DNA from: Deltaproteobacteria bacterium
GTDB lineage: Bacteria > Desulfobacterota > Binatia > UBA12015
Reading direction: 5' to 3'
DNA: 53,126 nt
Assembly (NCBI GenBank): GCA_046583355.1
Contig: JAYGCM010000059.1
Location: 1 to 53,126, forward strand
A program made the translations under genes and the position numbers. The notes under the pieces are model-generated. The model did no database searches. It was not told where the DNA came from and was given only the letters and a program-made list of their open reading frames with translations. Shown here piece after piece: positions 1 through 7,805 of the stretch; the first letter of the stretch is position 1; each line of letters opens with the position of its first letter.

Positions 1-1
1 G

Positions 2-715
2 AAGCGATTTGTTCGTGGGCAGACCGCGGTCGACGCGCTCGCCGGCGTGGAGTTTTCGGTTGCTCAAGGCGAATTCGTCTCGATCATGGGCGCGAGTGGG
101 TCGGGCAAGAGTACCTTGCTCAATATTCTCACGGGCCTCGACGAGCCCTCGGGTGGCGAGGTCTGGCTGGAGGGTCGCAGCCTGAAAACGATGAGCGATG
201 ATGAGTTGACGGATTTGCGTCGCACCCGGATCGGCATTGTCTTTCAATTCTTCAACCTCCTGCCCAGCATCACGGCGTTGGAGAACGTCGCCCTGCCGCT
301 ACGGGCCTCCGGAATCCGCCGGCGTCACGCCGAGGAAAAGGCCCGCTCGATGCTCGAGACCGTCGGGCTCGCCGACCGTGCCGGGCACCTTCCCGGCGAG
401 CTCTCGGGTGGTCAAATGCAACGCGTCGCCATCGCGCGCGCGCTCGCCATCGAACCGGGCCTCCTGGTGGCAGATGAGCCTACCGGGAACCTCGATTCCA
501 CAACCGGCGCCGAGATTCTGGATCTTCTGGCAAGGTTGCACCGCGAGGAGGGCGCGACGATTCTGATGGTGACGCATAGCCCGGCCGCGGCGGCTTACGG
601 CGATAGAATCATTTCGATGGCGGATGGCCGGGTCGTGGATATCGCCGTGACCAAACGCGGTGAGGCCCGGCAGCGAAAGAGCTTCGCGCGGGCGGCCGGA
701 CCTCTAGCTACCTAA
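2..715 (+). CDS. ABC transporter ATP-binding protein, LolD/MacB-like (5' truncated by the window edge)
   Basis: Walker A GASGSGKS, signature LSGGQMQRVAIARAL, Walker B LVADEPTGNLD, H-loop VTH. The frame is open back to base 2 (KRFVRGQTAVDALAGV). Confidence 0.92.
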   Translation, partial: KRFVRGQTAVDALAGVEFSVAQGEFVSIMGASGSGKSTLLNILTGLDEPSGGEVWLEGRSLKTMSDDELTDLRRTRIGIVFQFFNLLPSITALENVALPLRASGIRRRHAEEKARSMLETVGLADRAGHLPGELSGGQMQRVAIARALAIEPGLLVADEPTGNLDSTTGAEILDLLARLHREEGATILMVTHSPAAAAYGDRIISMADGRVVDIAVTKRGEARQRKSFARAAGPLAT

Positions 716-2037
716 TTGGCGAGCCGGCGGCGGATTTCGCGCTCAACCAGCCAGATGCGGTCCTGACCCCAGACGGCGAAATCGGCCTCGCCTTCGCTGC
801 GCACGCGGTAGCTCGGTACACCCCAGATTCCGGCTCGGAGCATCTCTTCGCGATTGGCCTCGAGCTCTTCGCGCCAGCCGGCTGTGTCAAGAAATTCGCG
901 CGCCTCGCTCCATAGGAGACCGGCGCGTTCCACGACATGGCGCAGGCCTTCGTCGGTGCCGGTGTCGATGCCGCCGGCAAAGGAATCCTGCAAAAATGCG
1001 GTCAGAAACTCGCCACCGCGTCCGTTTCTCTTGGCAAAGGGATAGAGCGAGAAGGCGCGCTCCACCGGGCGGCCGACCGGGTCGTGGATATCGCCGAAAG
1101 CAATGCCGAGGAAATCAGCCTCGCGCTTGGTGTCGCGCACGATATAGAGCCGCTTGGCGACCGGCACCGCGAGCCCCCGCATCACCATCGGTAGGACGGG
1201 CTTCAGGACCAACTCGATTGGCAGGCGCTCGGCCAAGCCGAAGCTGCGCGCGGTGCTGATGGCCGAGTAAGGGCTGCGTAAGGAGGGGAAATACTCGAGT
1301 ACAATCTTCTTCTCGGCCGGGGCCGGGATCCGATCGTCGCTGACCTCCCGGCGCGCGACCAGCATGGCGCCCGCAGGGCCGCGGCGGGCGCCGTCGTCGA
1401 TCAATCGCTGTTCCAGATAATGCAGGCGATCCACGCCCCAATACCATTCGCCTTCGAAATAGAAGGTGGCCGCATTGTAGTGGCGCAGCCGCCTGCGCTC
1501 CTGGTTGCCCGCCGCGATGGCGGCGTCGGTCTCCTCGGCATTGGCCGTGCCGAACTCGTTGGCGAGCGCGAGAATTTCGTCGGTATCGTCGCGCCAGAGT
1601 GCTGCGCCGACGCGCCATGCGATCTTGGCGAAGAGGGTGGGGTGGAGGTGGGGCGCGAGGATTTCACGCGCCCGCTGGAGGTTCTCCGGGCTCGGCTGGT
1701 GGCCGGGGTCGCTGAACTCAAGGCCGAAGGGCTCGGCGATGCAGGCAGCATCGAAACGCGAGTAGGTGATCAGCCGTTCACGGTCTGGCGCGGCGGCGTC
1801 ATCGGGTGGCCCGACCAAGCGGATCACCAACTCGATATCGTAGCGCTCGGCCAACTGCCCAAGAATCTGGCATGCGAGGTGCGAGTAGGGGTCGTCGGCC
1901 TGATGGTAATAATGAACTCGCCGCGGGCTACCGCTCAGCCGGCGCCGCAGGCGCGCGAGCGCACGCAGGCGATTTTGCGTCTTCGTGCTCAGCATCCATC
2001 GGGAGGCCCGGTTCTGAATTGTTCTGGAGAGCGACAT
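712..2037 (-). CDS. DsbA-family / 2-hydroxychromene-2-carboxylate isomerase (GST-kappa)-like protein with two tandem domains
   Basis: Two repeats: YYHQADDPYS...EWYWGVDRL and YFPSLRSPYS...GIWGVPSY...WGQDRI. ATG at 2037 is preceded by AAAGGA; this start avoids overlap with galK. Confidence 0.8.
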   Translation of the reverse strand: MSLSRTIQNRASRWMLSTKTQNRLRALARLRRRLSGSPRRVHYYHQADDPYSHLACQILGQLAERYDIELVIRLVGPPDDAAAPDRERLITYSRFDAACIAEPFGLEFSDPGHQPSPENLQRAREILAPHLHPTLFAKIAWRVGAALWRDDTDEILALANEFGTANAEETDAAIAAGNQERRRLRHYNAATFYFEGEWYWGVDRLHYLEQRLIDDGARRGPAGAMLVARREVSDDRIPAPAEKKIVLEYFPSLRSPYSAISTARSFGLAERLPIELVLKPVLPMVMRGLAVPVAKRLYIVRDTKREADFLGIAFGDIHDPVGRPVERAFSLYPFAKRNGRGGEFLTAFLQDSFAGGIDTGTDEGLRHVVERAGLLWSEAREFLDTAGWREELEANREEMLRAGIWGVPSYRVRSEGEADFAVWGQDRIWLVEREIRRRLAN

Positions 2038-2131
2038 GGCATTCCTTTGGCTTGTGGCCCGGCGGAATTCCGGGCGGGCCGTGAGAGCATTGGCGTGGAA
2101 TTCCTTGGTCTTTTGGTGGAGTCTGCTCGCG

Positions 2132-3298
2132 ATGTCCATAGAGGAGCGCTTTGCGTCCCGTTTTGGTGGCCCCTCGCTGGTCTGGCATGCGCCGGGGCGG
2201 GCCAACCTGATGGGAGAACATACCGACTACAACGGGGGCTTGGTGCTGCCCTTCGCCATCGACCGGGGGACGGAGGTGGCGGCCGGGCCGCGCGACGATG
2301 GCCAGTTGCATCTGGTCTCGGCGGCGTTTCCCGGCGAGGTCGTGCTCGAATTGGACACGCTCCCGACCGCCCCGCGCGGTCATTGGAGCGATTATATTGT
2401 TGGCGTGGTGCGCGAGTTGTCGCGCGCTGGCATCACGCTCGGCGGCGCCAATCTTCTTGTCGAATCCGATCTGCCGCCTGGTGCCGGGCTCTCCTCCTCG
2501 GCTGCGCTCGAGGTCGCGACGGCAGGCGTGCTGCTGGATATGCTTGGCGTGACGATGGCACCGGCTGCGCTTGCGGGGATCTGTCATGCGGCAGAGACGG
2601 GCTTTGTCGGCACGCAATGTGGCATCATGGATATGCTGGTTTCGACCACCTCGCGCGCCGGCCATGCGACTTGGATCGATTGCCGCACGCAGGAAACCCG
2701 CTTCGTTTCGCTGCCCGAGGCATGGGCCATGCTGGTTGTGGATACGGGGGTAAAGCATACGCTGGCTGCGGGCGAATATAATCAGCGGCGCGCAGAATGT
2801 GCCGCGGCGCAGTCCATCTTGGCGGCGCGGCGCGAGGGCATCGACAGCCTACGCGATGTCGATGCCGCCGACCTTGCCGCCGGACGCGAGGACCTGGGCG
2901 ATCTTCTCTACCGGCGCGTGCGCCATATCGTCACGGAGAACGACCGCGTCGGCGCCGCCCTGGAAGCACTTGAAGCCGGTGATCTAGCGGGCCTGGCCAA
3001 GCTCTTCGCTGCTTCGCACCAAAGCTTGCGGGTCGATTACGAGGTCAGTTGTACGGAACTCGATAGTGTCGTCGATATAATCACGTCGCTGCAAACAGGT
3101 GCAGCCGCGCGGATGATGGGCGGTGGTTTCGGCGGCTCGGTGATCGCCGTGGTGCCCGTGGCGGCCTGCTTGGAGAGCGTGGGAGAGAAGATTCTTGCGG
3201 GATATCAGAGGCTTTTCGGCGCCAAGGGGGCTGTCCTGCAGGTGCGCGCCGTGGGCCGAGCGGCTCGGCAATCGGGCTCGGTACAGGCTTTCGGGTAG
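2132..3298 (+). CDS. galK: Galactokinase
   Basis: APGRANLMGEHTDYNGG galactokinase signature, GHMP motif PPGAGLSSSAALE, CGIMD, ARMMGGGFGG. Start taken at MSIEERF. Confidence 0.93.
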   Translation: MSIEERFASRFGGPSLVWHAPGRANLMGEHTDYNGGLVLPFAIDRGTEVAAGPRDDGQLHLVSAAFPGEVVLELDTLPTAPRGHWSDYIVGVVRELSRAGITLGGANLLVESDLPPGAGLSSSAALEVATAGVLLDMLGVTMAPAALAGICHAAETGFVGTQCGIMDMLVSTTSRAGHATWIDCRTQETRFVSLPEAWAMLVVDTGVKHTLAAGEYNQRRAECAAAQSILAARREGIDSLRDVDAADLAAGREDLGDLLYRRVRHIVTENDRVGAALEALEAGDLAGLAKLFAASHQSLRVDYEVSCTELDSVVDIITSLQTGAAARMMGGGFGGSVIAVVPVAACLESVGEKILAGYQRLFGAKGAVLQVRAVGRAARQSGSVQAFG

Positions 3299-3318
3299 CT
3301 CACGCGCCGGCGAGTACT

Positions 3319-3352
3319 GGCGAATTCATGACGCTGGCGCCGAAATAATAAC
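3319..3352 (+). promoter_or_regulatory. Two candidate enhancer (bEBP) sites, 20 bp apart
   Basis: GGCGAATTCATGAC (3319-3332) and GCCGAAATAATAAC (3339-3352) resemble GTCGAAAAAGTGAC upstream of fliA, and lie about 65-95 bp upstream of a sigma54-like promoter. Confidence 0.3.
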
Positions 3353-3413
3353 ACCTTCCCGAGATTCATTTCAGAAAAACCCAACGAATACCGACAGACG
3401 AGGCTCGCAAAAG

Positions 3414-3430
3414 CTGGCTCACCAATTGCT
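3414..3430 (+). promoter_or_regulatory. Sigma54 (-24/-12) promoter
   Basis: CTGGCTCACCAATTGCT: GG at 3416-17, GC at 3428-29, exactly 10 nt apart; close to the TGGCAC-N5-TTGC consensus. Confidence 0.6.
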
Positions 3431-3508
3431 CTAGTCTGAGGTGACTGATCGAGACACGGTGCCGCTCCTCTTGGTGCCGGCTCGATTGGCAAATAGGAGT
3501 CGGGAAAC

Positions 3509-3631
3509 ATGAGCAAGATCACCAAAACCACAAACCGTTTCTTTCGGCGTTGGACCTCGAGCAAGACGGTCCCGGTAGGGCGAGCCGCTCTTCTGGGAAT
3601 GGCCTTTTTGTTCGGGATGGTGGCTGCCTGA
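3509..3631 (+). CDS. Unannotated 40-aa peptide MSKITKTTNRFFRRWTSSKTVPVGRAALLGMAFLFGMVAA (basic N-half, hydrophobic C-half)
   Basis: AGGAG at 3495-3499, ATG 3509, TGA 3629-3631. Lies between a sigma54-like promoter and a strong terminator; below the ORF-track size cut-off. Confidence 0.5.
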   Translation: MSKITKTTNRFFRRWTSSKTVPVGRAALLGMAFLFGMVAA

Positions 3632-3718
3632 CCGAACTCCAGCACATAGTCGGAAAAGGTCGTCGGCCCTGGTTATGGGGGCCGGAGCCGGCGGCTGCCG
3701 ACGCTTCACACGAAGAAC

Positions 3719-3751
3719 AACCCTCCGTTGCTTTGCAGCGGAGGGTTTTTT
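3719..3751 (+). terminator. Rho-independent terminator
   Basis: AACCCTCCGTTGC-TTT-GCAGCGGAGGGTT followed by TTTT; 13-bp stem with one G-U pair. Confidence 0.85.
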
Positions 3752-3837
3752 CGTGCGCGGTTCATGGCGGAAAAGTCGGGCCCTGCCTTGTTTGCGGACC
3801 GTGCCTCTGGTGAACCATGCAGTAGGAGGTGGGTCGT

Positions 3838-4758
3838 ATGAAGATCGGAATCGGAATTGGTGAGCTCTCGGGAAGTCCGGTGTCGCTTGCTGGGTTGATG
3901 GCGCAGGCAAAAGAGGCGGAGGCCGACGGCTTTGCTTCTGCTTGGGTGCCGAATATTTTTGGCCTCGACGGGATTACGGTCTGCGCCTTGGCCGGCCAGG
4001 TCACGCAACGCATCGAGCTTGGCACGGCTGTCGTGCCCTCCTACCCACGCCACCCGACGGCGATGGCGCAGCAGGCATTGACGGCCAATGCGGCCTGCGG
4101 TGGTCGCTTCACACTCGGCATCGGCCTCTCGCATCAGCTCGTGATCGAGGGGATGCTGGGGATGTCCTGGGCGCGCCCTTTCAGTCATATGAAGGAATAC
4201 GTCGAGTCCATTCGTCCGCTGCTCGCCGGCGAACCCGTGTCGCATGACGGCAAGGAGTACCGGATCAACGCGCAATTGGGCTTTTCCGGCCTCAAGAAGA
4301 CGAGCCTGATGATCGCGGCGCTCGCACCCAAGATGCTCGGGCTTGCGGGCGCGCAAACCGACGGCACGATTACCTGGATGACCGGCGTGAATACGATCCG
4401 CGACCACGTCGCGCCTCGCCTGAACGAAGCGGCCGACGCCGCCGGCCGCGACAAGCCGCGCATCGTCTGCGGCCTTCCCGTCGCAATCTGTGATGATGCG
4501 GCCCAGGGCCGTGAGGTCGCCGCAAAGTCCTTTGTGATTTACGGAAGCCTGCCTTCCTACCGCGCCATGCTCGACCGCGAAGGTGCTGCCGGCCCGGGAG
4601 ACGTCGCCATCGTGGGCACCGAGGACGAAGTGCGCGAGCAACTCGCCGGGCTTGCTGACGCCGGCGTCACCGACTTCCTCGCCGCGCCCTTCCCAGCCGA
4701 AGCCGACAGCGCCGGCTCCCTGAGCCGCACCCGCGAGTTCCTCAAGGGCGAATTGTAG
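3838..4758 (+). CDS. LLM-class (luciferase-like) probable F420-dependent oxidoreductase
   Basis: AEADGFASAW, IELGTAVVPSYPRHP, GRFTLGIGLSH, AALAPKML, YGSLPSYRAMLDREG. AGGAGG SD before ATG 3838. Confidence 0.88.
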   Translation: MKIGIGIGELSGSPVSLAGLMAQAKEAEADGFASAWVPNIFGLDGITVCALAGQVTQRIELGTAVVPSYPRHPTAMAQQALTANAACGGRFTLGIGLSHQLVIEGMLGMSWARPFSHMKEYVESIRPLLAGEPVSHDGKEYRINAQLGFSGLKKTSLMIAALAPKMLGLAGAQTDGTITWMTGVNTIRDHVAPRLNEAADAAGRDKPRIVCGLPVAICDDAAQGREVAAKSFVIYGSLPSYRAMLDREGAAGPGDVAIVGTEDEVREQLAGLADAGVTDFLAAPFPAEADSAGSLSRTREFLKGEL

Positions 4759-4977
4759 AGGCCTGCGCGGCAGAAGGTTAGGCCTGCGGACCGCCTGCCG
4801 GACCTCTACGGCCGGCAGAGCAGTCCGCGCGGAGAGGTGCCGCTCGGGCATCGAGTAGGGAGATCTGGAGCATTCCCGGGGGGATTACCGCGAGAGGAAG
4901 ATAGCGAGCCGATTGCGTGAGGTCGGAATGCGTAACAATTCGGCCAATGCGGAACACACGTCCCTTGGTTCACTTCC

Positions 4978-5478
4978 TTGGTCGTCTGGCAGCGCGAGAG
5001 TTGTCATCTGGACGCCTGGGTTTCGCTGGCCAGCGGTCGGCGTCATGCGTACGACGAAGCGCTCGCCCGCTGGGCCGGCTTGCTCGGATCCGCTTCCGGG
5101 CCAAGGGCGCAGATTCCGTATGAGATGGCGCATGGCTGCCGCGAATTGATGGAGGGTCGTCTCGCAGACGCGGATCTGCGTGCGGGCCGGATCTTTGTGG
5201 CACTCGGCGAGGCGGATCCCTTCGATAGGGAGAAACTTCTGCAGACAGCCGGCTCGTTCTTCTTCTGGCTCGCCAGCGAGCGCACGGCGCTGTCGAACGT
5301 CGAGCGTGCGCGCATCAACGTGACGCGCACAATTCGCGCGGCGATCGGCGTGATCGCCCGCCACGCGCCACTGGTGGCCGATGATCTCGACCGGCAGATC
5401 GAGACCGGCCGTATTTGTCGCTACCAGCCGGATGTATTCGCCCCGATCGAGTTCCTGCTCGACTCCAAGAAGGCGTGA
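4978..5478 (+). CDS. Hypothetical protein resembling helical and C-terminal parts of large AAA/STAND-type regulators; possibly a gene remnant
   Basis: C-terminal ERARINVTRTIRAAI...LDRQIETGRICRYQP motif is recalled from C-termini of large AAA-ATPase regulators. No P-loop; weak TTG start; in-frame stops at 4918 and 4933. Confidence 0.45.
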   Translation: MVVWQRESCHLDAWVSLASGRRHAYDEALARWAGLLGSASGPRAQIPYEMAHGCRELMEGRLADADLRAGRIFVALGEADPFDREKLLQTAGSFFFWLASERTALSNVERARINVTRTIRAAIGVIARHAPLVADDLDRQIETGRICRYQPDVFAPIEFLLDSKKA

Positions 5479-5488
5479 CCGCAGGCAA

Positions 5489-6082
5489 TCAAGGATACTG
5501 CCGCGCGAGCGGGGCTACGCCGGTGTGGTCGTAGAAAGCCTTGAGCACGGCATTGAGGATTTCGTCCTTGCGCAGGCCCGAGGCTTTGATGACGGTATGC
5601 GCCGCCTTGTTGTACCAAGGGTCGCGGCGCTCCATGATTTCGGCAAACGAGGTGGTGGCCGAGAGGTCGGGGCGGTTGCGGTCGTTGCGGATGCGGCCTT
5701 CCAGGAAGGCGAGGTCGCGTTTGAGGTAGATCACCAAAGCGTTGTCGCGCAGCAAGTTCACCTTGCGCTCCGAGAAGATCTCGTTGCCGTCGTCGTCCAG
5801 ATCGACCACGACACCGCCGCCGCAATCGAGTAGTTGCCAATCCTCAAAGGCGGTCAGGCGCTGGACCACCCCGGCCTCGATCTCGCGGAAGGCATGCCAC
5901 CCTTGTTCTTCGACAATTTCGGGGATTTTCCTGCCGCCGGCCTCCAGGCTGATCACCGCATCGAGTGACCAGAGCGTGAAGCGCTTGTCGCGCGCCAGGA
6001 CCCGGCGCGCGATGGAACTCTTGCCGCAGCCGCGGCCACCGATCAGGGCGAGATTCGTTGCGGGGGGTTTGGGCGTGGGCAT
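5489..6082 (-). CDS. aroK: Shikimate kinase
   Basis: LIGGRGCGKS P-loop, IPEIVEEQGWHAFREIE, DCGGGVV, RPDL, ERRDPWY. Confidence 0.9.
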   Translation of the reverse strand: MPTPKPPATNLALIGGRGCGKSSIARRVLARDKRFTLWSLDAVISLEAGGRKIPEIVEEQGWHAFREIEAGVVQRLTAFEDWQLLDCGGGVVVDLDDDGNEIFSERKVNLLRDNALVIYLKRDLAFLEGRIRNDRNRPDLSATTSFAEIMERRDPWYNKAAHTVIKASGLRKDEILNAVLKAFYDHTGVAPLARQYP

Positions 6083-6228
6083 GCCCTTTCCCTATACGAC
6101 GAAGGGGCCGCTTACCTCAAAGGTGATCCCGCAGGGAAAAAATGGCCGCCCGGGTTCTGGCCTCGCATCGGGGGTTCGGTAAGGTAGGCAGGCGAAACGG
6201 CCGCCCCGCGGCAACGCTTGGAGGGAAT

Positions 6229-7764
6229 ATGCATCTCACGCAGTGGACGAAAACAAACCCGGAACGAACCGCGCTGATCTTTGCCGAGCGAGAGCTCGAG
6301 ATCAGCTACGCCGAGTTGGACGAAGCCTCGAACCGGGTAGCAAGAGCGCTGCGTGCCTGGGGGCTGCAGAAGGGCGACGGCGTGGCCGTGTTGCTGAAAA
6401 ACGAGCCCGCCTTCTTCGCGGTCTATTGGGGGGTGATGCGTGCCGGCTGTTATTTCACGCCGGTCAATTGGCATCTTGCCGCCGGTGAGATCCGCTATAT
6501 TGTTGAGAATACCGATGCCAAGGCATTGTTTGCCTCGGCGGATCTCGCCGCGCTTGTGCCCGCGGCGCCGGGCTGCCTGCTCGCGCGCGTCGCGGTCGGC
6601 GGCGCGCTTCCCGGGTTTCTCTCTTATGACGACGAGATGGCCGAGCAACTCTCCGGCCCGATTGTCGACGAGGCCGAGGGTGCGGCGATGCTCTATTCTT
6701 CGGGTACCACCGGCCGTCCCAAGGGTGTGCGGCCACCGCTGCCGGGAACGCCATTGGGGGAGGGGCCGGCTGCTCTGACCACGGGTGCCTTTCAGGCTTT
6801 TTTCGGCCTGCAGGAAGGCGACCGCTATCTCTGTCCCGGGCCGCTCTACCATGCCGCACCTCTGCAATTCTCCATGATGCAGCATCGGATCGGCAGCACT
6901 GTCGTTGTCATGGAAAAATTCACGCCGGAAAACTCCTTGCGCTTCATCGAGAAGTATCAGGTGACGACGAGCCAATGGGTGCCGACGCATTTCAATCGCA
7001 TGCTCTCCCTACCTGACGAGACGCGCGCGCAATTTGATCTCTCCAGTCTGCGCGTCGCGATCCACGCTGCGGCGCCGTGCCCGATTCCGGTCAAGAAACG
7101 GATGATGGATTGGTGGGGGCCGATCCTTCTCGAATATTATGCTGGGACCGAAGGTGGCGGCACGGTGATTCAGGCTGCGGATTGGCTTACACATGAGGGC
7201 TCGGTCGGTCGCCATTGGGCCGGCGGTACGGTGCATATTCTCGACAAGGACTACCAGCCGATCACCGAGCCGAATGTGGATGGCATGGTTTATTTCGATG
7301 CGCCGGCCGATCCAGAGGCGCGCTTCCGCTACCACAAAGACGAGGCGAAGACGGCCGAAAGCTATAGCGAGGGACGCTTTACTCTCGGCGATATCGGCCA
7401 TCTGGACGCCGACGGTTTTCTCTACCTGACGGACCGGAAATCTCATATGATCATTTCCGGCGGGGTGAATATCTACCCGCAGGAAGTCGAGAATTGCCTC
7501 GGCGAGCATCCGGCGGTCGAGGATGTCGCCGTCATCGGCGTGCCGCATGAAGATATGGGCGAAGAGGTGAAGGCCATCGTGCAGTTGCGCGCCGGGCACC
7601 AGGGCGATGATGCCCTGGCCGGCGAGATGATCGAGTGGGTGCGCGAACGCATCGCGCGGTACAAGGCGCCCCGTTCCGTCGCGTTCACCGATGCCCTGCC
7701 GCGCCAGGAAAACGGCAAGATCTACAAGCGGTTTTTGCGCGACCAATTCGCCAAAGGCGCTTGA
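6229..7764 (+). CDS. Acyl-CoA synthetase (AMP-binding, FadD4-like)
   Basis: MLYSSGTTGRPKG, GPLYHAAP, EYYAGTE, TLGDIG, DRKSHMIISGGVNIYPQEVE, NGKIYKR. GGAGG SD before ATG 6229. Confidence 0.92.
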   Translation: MHLTQWTKTNPERTALIFAERELEISYAELDEASNRVARALRAWGLQKGDGVAVLLKNEPAFFAVYWGVMRAGCYFTPVNWHLAAGEIRYIVENTDAKALFASADLAALVPAAPGCLLARVAVGGALPGFLSYDDEMAEQLSGPIVDEAEGAAMLYSSGTTGRPKGVRPPLPGTPLGEGPAALTTGAFQAFFGLQEGDRYLCPGPLYHAAPLQFSMMQHRIGSTVVVMEKFTPENSLRFIEKYQVTTSQWVPTHFNRMLSLPDETRAQFDLSSLRVAIHAAAPCPIPVKKRMMDWWGPILLEYYAGTEGGGTVIQAADWLTHEGSVGRHWAGGTVHILDKDYQPITEPNVDGMVYFDAPADPEARFRYHKDEAKTAESYSEGRFTLGDIGHLDADGFLYLTDRKSHMIISGGVNIYPQEVENCLGEHPAVEDVAVIGVPHEDMGEEVKAIVQLRAGHQGDDALAGEMIEWVRERIARYKAPRSVAFTDALPRQENGKIYKRFLRDQFAKGA

Positions 7765-7805
7765 GCGTCGAGCCGAAAGGGGCTCCCTTTCGGCCCGACG
7801 CTCAA
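7761..7805. terminator. Long hairpin between convergent genes (probable bidirectional terminator)
   Basis: TTGAGCGTCGAGCCGAAAGGG-GCT-CCCTTTCGGCCCGACGCTCAA: 21-bp stem, one mismatch; the arms contain both stop codons. Confidence 0.7.

Noticed and set aside
2132..3298. Functional link between the stand-alone galK and the RGP-like gene
   Set aside because: They are 44 kb apart with no shared context in the sequence.
3441..3751. CsrB/RsmZ-type sRNA reading based on GGA motifs
   Set aside because: About eight GGA in 310 nt is not clearly above expectation, and they are not consistently in hairpin loops.
3509..3751. Leader-peptide attenuator for the LLM gene
   Set aside because: The terminator is about 90 nt past the stop, there is no clear regulatory codon run, and the downstream gene is not amino-acid biosynthetic.
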